This document shows, in pieces, positions 25,401-32,000 of a stretch of 32,000 bases of DNA. The DNA comes from Sinorhizobium meliloti (GTDB lineage: Bacteria > Pseudomonadota > Alphaproteobacteria > Rhizobiales > Rhizobiaceae). Both the position numbers and the translations under genes were made by a program. Numbering within the stretch: the stretch's first letter is position 1; each line of letters starts with the position of its first letter. Location: assembly GCF_017876815.1 (NCBI RefSeq), contig NZ_JAGIOS010000001.1, forward strand, positions 1,650,001-1,682,000, given 5' to 3'. The notes under the pieces were generated by a model. That model was not told the DNA's origin and did no database searches. It worked only from the letters and a program-made list of their open reading frames with translations.

Positions 25401-28083
25401 GTGCCGCGCCATTCCCGGCAATGTCCACCTTGCCTGTAATCTTGCCCTCGGCCCCGAGCGTCGGCGCGACGGTATGGATCAAGGTGGCGGGCAGGTCGCT
25501 GATATCCGCCGAAATATCGAGGGTCTCGCCTGCCGTACCGGTCACGGCGACCGTGCCCGTCGATGCCTGGATCGTCAGCCCATCGATATGCACAACGCCG
25601 TTTTCGATGGCGATGACGCTCGGCCGGGCAAGCTGCAGGGGGATGCGCCTGGCTGTCGCCGAGGCCGATGCAAGGCTTATCTCGGTCCGGCCGTCACGGC
25701 TCGCGAGATCGCCGGTCGCCGCAAGCGGAGCGCCTTCAAATTCGGCACCGACCGAGAAACCCGTTCTTTCCGCCTCTTGCTCGAAGGCGATATCGATGTC
25801 CGTCAGGCGGTTTTCGCCTTGAACGACGCTTTCGGCCCGGACACCGCCCTTGATCGCCAGCCGGGCAAGATTGGCGACGGTAACGTCGACCACGGGCTTG
25901 GCAACGGTCAATGCGTCACGCCTGATGCTTTCGCCGCGGGCCGTCAGCGCGAGCGACGTGACGCCGTCGGCGGTCCGGATCGTCGCGGAGCCGGCAAGAT
26001 CGCCGGATGCCTGCTGCCCGGCCATGGCGGCAAGGAGGCCGAGATCGGGCAGGTTGAAGTCGATCGTCCCGTTCGGCTTGAAGTCGGCTGTAAGCTCCAT
26101 CGCACCGATGAGGCGGTTGTCGCCGATCTTTGCCTCGAGGGTGGGGATCGAGGTGCGGCCGTCCCGGGTGACGACGTCGGCGCGGACGTCGATCGCCTGA
26201 CCGTCGAGGGTGCCGGTTGCCGTCAGTTTCGCTTCGGGGCTCCCTGGCGTCACGGTGGCATCGGCATTGACGACGAGATCGTCCAATGTGCGACCGGCGA
26301 GCGTCGCTCCGCTTGAGGTTATCTCTGCTTCGATGCCGAGCTTGTTCAGTGGGCCGGAGGCGACCGCGTGGAAGGCGGCCGAGCCCTCCGCATCGGCGAG
26401 CAGCCGTCCGAGTTCGGGCAGCGTTCCCTGGATGTCCGCACTCAAAGTGCTTCCGGCAAGCGCAACCGAGCCGGAGGCGTCGACCGCACCGGACTTGATG
26501 TCGAGTTCGCTCAGCCGGACGCTGCCGTCCTGTTCCACGACTGCGTTGCCCGCAAGGGCGATGGTTCTGTCGAACTTGTCGGCGAGCCCCGGCGGGAGGA
26601 CCTCTCGCACGGCAAAGACCTTGAATGCCGCCTCGAGCGTCGTTTCGGTGCGATCGAAGCTGCCGGTGACCGTGCCGCCGATGCTTGCGCTTTCGATCTC
26701 CAGCGGGTCGAAACGGATGTCTTCCGGGGTGACGGCGATGGTGCCGTCGAGCTTAAGGGGCGCCTGCACCGCCCGATCGAGCTCGGCATTTGCAAAGCGG
26801 CTCTCGCCGACTTCGACGGTCGTCTTCAGGGGACCCGACCGGCTCTCCAGGTTGAACGCGTCGCTCCGTGCCGACAGCCGGATGCCGCCGAGCCGTCCCT
26901 GCGGCAGGTTCACGGACGGGACATTGGCGGCGATATCGAGGATTGCCGACTGCCCGTCGCCGATCAGCGACAGGTTTGCGGTGTCGACAAGCGCCTGCAA
27001 CTCGCCGTCTTTCAGCGGCCAGCGGAAATCGAAAGGCCCGCTCGTACCGGCGAGCCTTGCCTGGAGGTTGTTCTCGCCGCGGCTGTCGACCGTGCCGGAG
27101 ACATCGAGCGTCATGGCGCCGGTCGAAACCTTGCCTGCATCGATCCGGACCTTGCTCGTGCCGTCGAAGGCGGCCGTCAGGTCGATCCTGCTCTCCCCTT
27201 CGAAGAGAGGCCTGAAGGCCGGTGGCATCAGCGTGGCGAAAGCGCCGCCGCCGGATACGGTAAGCATGTGCATTCCCTCGGCCGCGAGCACGTGCTGCCC
27301 GTCGAGCCGAAGGATCTCGCTTCCGTCGAGCGTAACCGTACCCGAGCCCGCCCAGTCGGAAAGCGGTCCCTGTCCGGTCACGGTCATGTTGACGGCAGGT
27401 TCTCCCGGCAGGCGGAGCAGTCTCGCCAGAAGGCCGGCCTTCGGCTCCGCGAGCTCGGCTTCAAGCTTCAGCTGGTTGCCGGCCGGGTTGAAGACGAGAT
27501 CGGCGGTCGCGCGCGCATCCGGGCGGTCCCGTTCGGCGGCATCGAGCACGAGAGCGATGCTGGAATTCGTCGCGTCGACCTTGCCTCTGGCAGTCAGGAA
27601 ATGATCCTCGCCGGCAATCTGTTTGCCGAGCACGATTTCCTTGAGATCGAAGGCATCGATCTTCACGTCAACCGGAAGGGCAAACGTCGAGCGCACTTCC
27701 CGGGTTTCGGTCGAGGGGACCGGCAGCCGCTCGACGCGGACCGAGCCGGCCGAAATCCTGCTCGAGTCGAAGCGAAGCGAGAATAGTTCGGCCGGCGACC
27801 AGTCGACCGAAAGGTCGCGGACCTCGGCATAAATGCCTTCGCCATCGAAGAGCGTAATCGTGCCGGCCGTGAAGTCGCCGGTCAGAAGCGCGCCCGGGTC
27901 GGCGATGCGTACGATCTGGTCGGGGGTCGCCGCATATTTCTCGATCGCCCAGGCGACAACGCGGGCGCCGGGCACCGTGAAGCCCAGAAAGCCGACGAGC
28001 AGGAGGAGCACGACCACGAGAGTGCCGAGAGCGGCGAAGAAGTACCGCAGCGCAGATCGAAGGAAAAGGGTGACCTGATTCAT
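22474..28083 (-). CDS. tamB: Translocation and assembly module inner-membrane subunit TamB (AsmA-like, DUF490 C-terminus), 1,869 aa
   Basis: N-terminal signal-anchor helix (FFAALGTLVVVLLLLVGFLGF), a very long beta-rich Gly/Ala/Thr/Asp body, and a C-terminal DUF490-type end (PALPQDEILAQLIFNRSLNNLSAFQIAQLA...RAGKYLNDRTYLELQQ...GIFFEREY). Lies directly downstream of tamA. Confidence 0.9.
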   Translation of the reverse strand: MNQVTLFLRSALRYFFAALGTLVVVLLLLVGFLGFTVPGARVVAWAIEKYAATPDQIVRIADPGALLTGDFTAGTITLFDGEGIYAEVRDLSVDWSPAELFSLRFDSSRISAGSVRVERLPVPSTETREVRSTFALPVDVKIDAFDLKEIVLGKQIAGEDHFLTARGKVDATNSSIALVLDAAERDRPDARATADLVFNPAGNQLKLEAELAEPKAGLLARLLRLPGEPAVNMTVTGQGPLSDWAGSGTVTLDGSEILRLDGQHVLAAEGMHMLTVSGGGAFATLMPPAFRPLFEGESRIDLTAAFDGTSKVRIDAGKVSTGAMTLDVSGTVDSRGENNLQARLAGTSGPFDFRWPLKDGELQALVDTANLSLIGDGQSAILDIAANVPSVNLPQGRLGGIRLSARSDAFNLESRSGPLKTTVEVGESRFANAELDRAVQAPLKLDGTIAVTPEDIRFDPLEIESASIGGTVTGSFDRTETTLEAAFKVFAVREVLPPGLADKFDRTIALAGNAVVEQDGSVRLSELDIKSGAVDASGSVALAGSTLSADIQGTLPELGRLLADAEGSAAFHAVASGPLNKLGIEAEITSSGATLAGRTLDDLVVNADATVTPGSPEAKLTATGTLDGQAIDVRADVVTRDGRTSIPTLEAKIGDNRLIGAMELTADFKPNGTIDFNLPDLGLLAAMAGQQASGDLAGSATIRTADGVTSLALTARGESIRRDALTVAKPVVDVTVANLARLAIKGGVRAESVVQGENRLTDIDIAFEQEAERTGFSVGAEFEGAPLAATGDLASRDGRTEISLASASATARRIPLQLARPSVIAIENGVVHIDGLTIQASTGTVAVTGTAGETLDISADISDLPATLIHTVAPTLGAEGKITGKVDIAGNGAAPVVRYDLTWSGASIASVRSAGITAEDLSAKGTVTVAEDSIRLDPLAIERAGFRGDVTASLDRADNTAEANFQFVAEPAVLPPGIGAKFDAPITVSGKVETGAGGTVELSALEVKSDTVNATGSAALAEGALTAEIAGALPDLGKLLAEAEGKAAFSADLSGPLDALGVKAEVTSSGAVLAGRTLSDFVITADATAKPGSPEAKLTATGALDGQAIDVKAEVVSKDGRTSIPTLEAKVGDNRLTGAIDLTADFKPEGTIDFNLPDLGLLAAMAGEKVSGDLSGSAAIRTANGVTSLSLKANGSGIKRGDLTIAKPVADISIADVAALAVRGSVRAENVAQGQNRVTGLNLTFDQQGGRTGFTVDGRYDGGPLSAKGDMVASGGRTEVRLASFAATPKRIPLKLARPTIVAIENGTVLLDALTIEASKGTITVAGSAGPTLDISARLNALPAALINTFAPTLGAEGTIAGTVDVGGTAAAPVVVYDLRWSGASVAAARGAGVSSLEIAAKGRFADNRVTVDATVSGPGDLSFRGGGNVELGGNMPISMKFAGDVPFALLANIMAEQGFTLTGSAKVDLSLSGPAKAPQIAGTVSTAGARLVDVRRNLALNDLTANVALDGRQATISRLSANLASGGSIEASGTVGIVPGSGFPANLRIRLNNATYVDGTLFTANLAGDLTLNGPLVSTPVLGGRLTIRRAAITIPERLPASLSQIDIKHRNAPPRVRQMTRDLRRDTSAGTEASGAIAFDLAVSSPGQFFVRGRGIDAELGGDLTIRGTAVQPIVSGGFDMRRGRLEILGKRLTFTDGHIGFGGDLIPTLDLDATSSAGSTTITVNVAGPANNPTVTFSSSPALPQDEILAQLIFNRSLNNLSAFQIAQLASAVGQLAGGGSTSLLDGLRNKLGVDDLDITTDESGGAQVRAGKYLNDRTYLELQQGSDSASSKAVINLDIGRGVKLKGEAAGDGSAAGGIFFEREY
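23875..26736 (-). repeat. In-frame tandem duplication inside tamB: two units of 1,434 bp (478 codons)
   Basis: Residues about 450-925 and 928-1403 align without gaps at a constant offset of 478 aa (SPEAKLTATG at 615 and 1093; DL[T/R]WSGAS at 900 and 1378). On the DNA, CCATGGCGGCAAG occurs at 24588 and 26022, offset exactly 1,434 nt. Unit borders are approximate (about 23875-25302 and 25309-26736). Confidence 0.85.
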
Positions 28084-28205
28084 GTCCTATCCATAGTCCA
28101 TGTTGCGCCGCTCTGGAATCGGTAGAGTGCCGGCACATTGCCCGGCAGGCGGGACTTCGCTTATCTTACCACGGTGTAGCGCGCATGCAGCAAATAGTCC
28201 GGGCA

Positions 28206-30131
28206 TCAGAAGGACTGGCCGATACCGGCATAGATTCCGTAATCGGTGCCCCCCGGATACTTGTTGAGCGGCACGGCGAAGTCGAGCCGGATCGGCCCGA
28301 ATGGCGTCGCATAGCGCAGACCGATGCCCGCGCCGGCCCGGATGTCGGAGAAATCGGGCGCTGTGCTATCCGAAACCGTACCGGCATCGATGAAGGGCAC
28401 GACGCCGATCGTATCGGTGACGGCGATGCGGGCTTCGAGGGAGCCGCTCACATAGGAGCGGCCGCCGGTCAGTTCGTCATCGGCGTCGCGGGGGCTGATC
28501 TCCTGGTAGGAATAGCCGCGCACCGACCCGCCGCCGCCGAGGAAGAACCGCCGGGTCGCTGGAATATCGGAGAGTTCGTCGCCACCGACGAGCACGCCCG
28601 CGCCGAGCTTGCCGGCCAGCACGAAGCGCTTTTCGGTCCCAAACGCGTAATAGCCGGACGCGGAAGCTTCGAAGGAGCTGAAAAAGGTCTTTCCCTCGAT
28701 CTCGTAGCTCGGCTTGGCATTGATCAGCGCCCTGTAGCCCTCCGTCGGGTTCAGCTTGTCATCGCGTGCGTCGCGGACATATTCGAACGGGAGGGCGGCG
28801 GTGATATAGGAATTCGAGCCGAAAGCGTCGTCGACATCCGCCCAGCCCACTTCCGCGCCGACGGAGAACGTGTCTTCGGGCGAAAGCTCGAAGGCGGCGC
28901 CGGCCGCGGCGGTAACCGTTTTGGCACTATAGGCATCCGGATCGACGATCGCCGCCTTGACGCTTGCGGTAAAGGTCGAGGCCGGTCCGAAGGCGCCGGG
29001 TTTCGCGAAGAGAATGCCGGCCGAATAATCGAGGCCGGCGACATCGGTGGTCTCGCCGAGGCGATCGACCGAGCCTTCGATCCGAAGCGATTCGGCACGT
29101 CCGAAGAGATTGCGATGGCCCCAATAGCCCTGGAGGCCAAGGCCGTCCGTGGTCGAGACCTGTCCGCCGAAACCGAAATAGCGGTGCTTGCCTTCCGATA
29201 CCTGGATGTTCATCGGGATCGTGCCGTCGGGCGCGAGCCCGTCGGCTTCGTTGATGGTGACGCTGGAAAAGACATTCAACTGCCGCAGCCGCTCGGCGGC
29301 CTTGCGAATATTCTCCGGCGAATATGGGCGACCGTGGTTCAGGCGGGAATAATCCTTGACGAAATCCGGATCGACCGTTCTGGCGCCGCTGACCGTCAGG
29401 TTGCCGACGGGCGCGACCGGGCCGCCATCGGCGCGGATCGTCACGTCGACCGTGGAAGTCGCGTGATCCGCAACGACGCTGCGCTCGGCGAGCTTGGCCA
29501 GGGGCCTGCTCTGTTCCTTGAGATCGTTCACGATCTGCTCGCCCGCCTTGATGATCAAGGTCGAGTCGGCGCGGGCGCCGCGCTTAAGGTCGTAGGCGGC
29601 GGGATCGAGCCGCGCCGCGTCTCCCTCGAGCCTGACCGTGCCCAGCGTGAATGCCGGCCCGGGAGCAACGCGAACCACGACCGGCACGGGCTGGCCGTCG
29701 GGGAAAGCCGGGTCCGGGGGTAGGCTGTCAATGTCCTGGCCGTTGACCAGGATGCTGACCGTGCCGCCGTAACGCGCCTTTTCGTAGAGGACGGCGAGGA
29801 GCCGATCGCGGTCGTCGCGCGCCTTGATCGCCAGGCCAAGATCGCCCGAGACCGGTTCTTCCTGATCCTGAACGAGCTGCGAGCCGTTTTCCAGCGCCTC
29901 CCGGAGCTCCTCGTCATCCGTTCCCGGCTCGAAAGTCAGCGTATAGCGAACCGGGTCTATGACCTGCACTTCTTCTTCCGCGCTTTCGAAGAAGCGCATT
30001 CCGAAGATCTTGAACGCGTGGGCCTGCTCGACGGAAACCGGGCCGAGCACGGCCGAGGCCACGATTGTGAGCGCGGTCGCTGTCTTCCAGTGCGCAATAC
30101 TCGATCGTGGTGGAGACATTCCTCTCCGCAT
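28206..30131 (-). CDS. tamA: Translocation and assembly module outer-membrane subunit TamA (Omp85/BamA family)
   Basis: 641 aa. Signal peptide (...ALTIVASAVLGPVSVEQAHA/FK), a POTRA-type N-terminal region and an Omp85 beta-barrel ending in the aromatic beta-signal ...YGIYAGIGQSF. The real start may be the second ATG at 30117-30119 (MSPPRSS), which has GGAGAGG just upstream. Confidence 0.88.
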   Translation of the reverse strand: MRRGMSPPRSSIAHWKTATALTIVASAVLGPVSVEQAHAFKIFGMRFFESAEEEVQVIDPVRYTLTFEPGTDDEELREALENGSQLVQDQEEPVSGDLGLAIKARDDRDRLLAVLYEKARYGGTVSILVNGQDIDSLPPDPAFPDGQPVPVVVRVAPGPAFTLGTVRLEGDAARLDPAAYDLKRGARADSTLIIKAGEQIVNDLKEQSRPLAKLAERSVVADHATSTVDVTIRADGGPVAPVGNLTVSGARTVDPDFVKDYSRLNHGRPYSPENIRKAAERLRQLNVFSSVTINEADGLAPDGTIPMNIQVSEGKHRYFGFGGQVSTTDGLGLQGYWGHRNLFGRAESLRIEGSVDRLGETTDVAGLDYSAGILFAKPGAFGPASTFTASVKAAIVDPDAYSAKTVTAAAGAAFELSPEDTFSVGAEVGWADVDDAFGSNSYITAALPFEYVRDARDDKLNPTEGYRALINAKPSYEIEGKTFFSSFEASASGYYAFGTEKRFVLAGKLGAGVLVGGDELSDIPATRRFFLGGGGSVRGYSYQEISPRDADDELTGGRSYVSGSLEARIAVTDTIGVVPFIDAGTVSDSTAPDFSDIRAGAGIGLRYATPFGPIRLDFAVPLNKYPGGTDYGIYAGIGQSF

Positions 30132-30399
30132 CCCGTTTCAGGCGACTCTGTACCAACTGCCTGCATACGCGGCGTCGGCCACCGTAGCAGGACATAGTTT
30201 TCCATCTGTTAACGATGACCGCCCGCCGCATCCACCCCGAAGCGGCGATTCGACGACGATTTTTTGGCAGAAAGGACTCGGCCTGTGGTGCTTCAGGCAC
30301 AACGTATATGCGTTCACTTATACGGCGTAAGCGGCTTCTGCCACAAAGCGGGCCCGCATCGACGGTCAGCTCAAGTAGCGACCGCTGGAAGCGAGGGTC

Positions 30400-31275
30400 T
30401 CATTTCGCCGACGCGCGCGCGAGGAAATTTCGGCAGAGGGAGACGACCTCGGACAGGTTGGTCTCCAGCAACCAATGGCCTCCATCGATGAGATGCAGTT
30501 CGGCATCCGGCAGGTCGCGGAGATAGGCTCGGGCGGAGCCTTCGGGCATGTAGCCGTCCTGCGGACCCCAGACAATCAGCGCCGGCGGCCGATGTTCGCG
30601 AAGGTAACTCTGGTAGCGATCGAACCAGGCGAGATTCTCCCGCAGCCCCGCGATCACGTCTATGGCGATCTCACGCCGCTTGGCCGTTGTCAGCGACCAA
30701 TGGAGCTTCCAGAGGTCGGGAGAAATCCGCTCGGCAAGCTCGGGCCGGACGTCGTTGAGGAACTCGTCGCGGTATCCTTCCTCGCTTACGGCTTCGCCGA
30801 GTTTGGTCCGGCCCTCCGGCGTGGGATTGCGGAAATACTCCTGCAACGGCGCGTATTTAGGTCCGAGCTCATCCTCGTAGATGTCGCCATTTTGGATGAT
30901 CAGTGCGGAAATCCGCTCCGGCCGGCGAATGGCCAGCCGAAGGCCGATCTGAGAGCCGAAGTCATGTAGATAAAGTGCGAAACGATCCAGGCCCAGGCGC
31001 CGGACGAAGGCCTCCAGAAAATCTGCGAAGCCATCGAAGCCATAGGCGAAGTCGTCCGGCGTGTCGCTGTATCCGGATCCAGGGAAATCCGGAGCGACAA
31101 GCCTCCACCGGTCGGCCAGCAGCGGCATGAAATTGCGAAACTCGTAGGACGAGCACGGGTAGCCGTGGGGAAGGAGCACGACCGGCGCGTCCGGCGGTCC
31201 GGCTTCCCGATAGAAGACCCGGATGCCGTCCAGATCGAGGAAGCGGTGTTTCACGAAATCGGGCGAATTGGTCAT
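30400..31275 (-). CDS. Alpha/beta-fold hydrolase, epoxide hydrolase / haloacid-haloalkane dehalogenase-like (Asp nucleophile)
   Basis: Track ORF 30400..31368 trimmed to MTNSPDFVKHRFLDLDGIRVFYREAG... (GAGGTG upstream). HGYP oxyanion motif and LHDFGSQIG nucleophile elbow with Asp instead of Ser. C-terminal GGHWLLE supplies the catalytic His. Confidence 0.75.
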   Translation of the reverse strand: MTNSPDFVKHRFLDLDGIRVFYREAGPPDAPVVLLPHGYPCSSYEFRNFMPLLADRWRLVAPDFPGSGYSDTPDDFAYGFDGFADFLEAFVRRLGLDRFALYLHDFGSQIGLRLAIRRPERISALIIQNGDIYEDELGPKYAPLQEYFRNPTPEGRTKLGEAVSEEGYRDEFLNDVRPELAERISPDLWKLHWSLTTAKRREIAIDVIAGLRENLAWFDRYQSYLREHRPPALIVWGPQDGYMPEGSARAYLRDLPDAELHLIDGGHWLLETNLSEVVSLCRNFLARASAK

Positions 31276-31482
31276 AGGAGCACCTCGCATGCGCTGACCG
31301 GTGCCGAACAATGAGCGCATGCGATGGTTCCATGCCTGTCGGCTGGCCGCTCGGCAGCTTCTTTTCAAGTTGATGCTAATTTAGATAGGCGATCACATCG
31401 GGGTGCGATAGAGTCGCCCTGGACCGCTTGAACCCGGGAGTCCGGAAGAAGGTGCTCCCGCCAAACGTTTGTTGGCAAACCG

Positions 31483-32000
31483 ATGGAACAGAGACTAGCC
31501 GCAGTGCTGGCAGCCGATATGGCAGGCTATAGCCGCCTGATGGAGGCCGATGAAGCGGGCACGGTCGCCCGCCTCAGGACTCACCGGATAGAACTGATCG
31601 ATCCGGCCATAGCAAAGAACAAGGGTCACCTCATCAAGACCACCGGCGACGGCATGCTGGTCGAATTCCAGAGCGTGACCGACGCGGTAAAATGCGCCGT
31701 CGAAATCCAGAGCCGCATGAAGCGGCGCAATGCCGACGTGGCGCAGGACCGGCGGATCGAATTCAGGATCGGCATCAATCTCGGCGACATCATCTTCGAC
31801 GAGGACGACATCTTCGGCGACGGCGTGAATATCGCCGCCCGTATCGAGCAACTGGCCGATGTGGGCGGCATCTGCGTGACGGCTGCGGTGGCGACGCAAG
31901 TCGCCGACCGGATCGATGTCCCCATCGAGGATCTGGGCGAGAAGATGCTGAAGAATATCAGCCGCCCGATCCACCTCTTCCGAGTCGGGATCGAGGGGCC
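31483..32000 (+). CDS. Class III adenylate/guanylate cyclase, N-terminal catalytic domain; the gene runs off the right edge
   Basis: Absent from the ORF track (edge-truncated). Reading from the ATG at 31483 gives MEQRLAAVLAADMAGYSRLMEADEAGTVARLRTHR...IKTTGDGMLVEFQSVTDAVKCAVEIQ...RIGINLGDIIFDEDDIFGDGVNIAARIEQLA... with no stop to 32000. These are classic class III cyclase motifs. Track ORF 31495..31974(-) is its antisense shadow. Confidence 0.85.
   Translation, partial: MEQRLAAVLAADMAGYSRLMEADEAGTVARLRTHRIELIDPAIAKNKGHLIKTTGDGMLVEFQSVTDAVKCAVEIQSRMKRRNADVAQDRRIEFRIGINLGDIIFDEDDIFGDGVNIAARIEQLADVGGICVTAAVATQVADRIDVPIEDLGEKMLKNISRPIHLFRVGIEG

Noticed and set aside
23224-26316. 1,030-aa plus-strand ORF, and other long plus-strand ORFs across 22384-27786
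   Set aside because: They are antisense to tamB. They are Arg/Gly/Asp-rich low-complexity sequence that merely mirrors the tamB internal duplication. TamB has a signal anchor, a DUF490 end and tamA synteny, so the minus frame is the real one.
30132-30399. 268-bp spacer between tamA and the hydrolase gene, examined for an sRNA, small ORF or promoter elements
   Set aside because: Only weak 4-5 bp stems are present. Track ORFs here (29914..30300, 29959..30330, 30215..30526, 30264..30491) have nonsense composition and overlap real genes. Nothing supportable.

Overview
High-GC, densely coding alphaproteobacterial segment. Gene order and the intergenic repeat family look Rhizobiaceae (Sinorhizobium/Ensifer-like), but that placement is inference only. 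Everything below comes from reading the supplied translations and the DNA by eye; no searches were run.

Left to right:
- (1) A minus-strand glycerol-type operon, glpR-glpD followed by two ABC ATPases, two permeases, a DUF2160 membrane protein and a solute-binding protein that is truncated at the left edge.
- (2) An SDR oxidoreductase.
- (3) A LysR regulator followed by a soluble NAD-linked formate dehydrogenase operon, fdsG-fdsB-[repeat insertion]-fdsA-fdhD(fdsC)-fdsD.
- (4) A cytoplasmic PAS-PAS chemoreceptor and an orphan cheW.
- (5) Arginase with a divergent Lrp/AsnC regulator.
- (6) A VOC/PhnB-like protein, an APH(3')-II-like aminoglycoside phosphotransferase and a small ABM-like protein.
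- (7) tamA-tamB, with a very long TamB.
- (8) An Asp-nucleophile alpha/beta hydrolase and the start of a class III nucleotide cyclase, truncated at the right edge.

I see no rRNA or tRNA, CRISPR, transposase or integrase, prophage, toxin-antitoxin or recognisable defence module. I do not find a discrete new multi-gene system here; this looks like core chromosome.

The observations most worth a second look:
- An exact 1,434-bp in-frame tandem duplication inside tamB.
- A transporter whose two ATPases carry complementary motif degeneracies, predicting one consensus and one degenerate ATP site.
- Palindromic REP/RIME-like elements, one of which splits the fds operon.
- A chromosomal NptII-like APH.
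- A PAS-PAS soluble MCP ending in DWENF.
- Several small regulatory-looking palindromes and hairpins.

Many long ORFs in the track are antisense shadow ORFs typical of high-GC DNA and were rejected.
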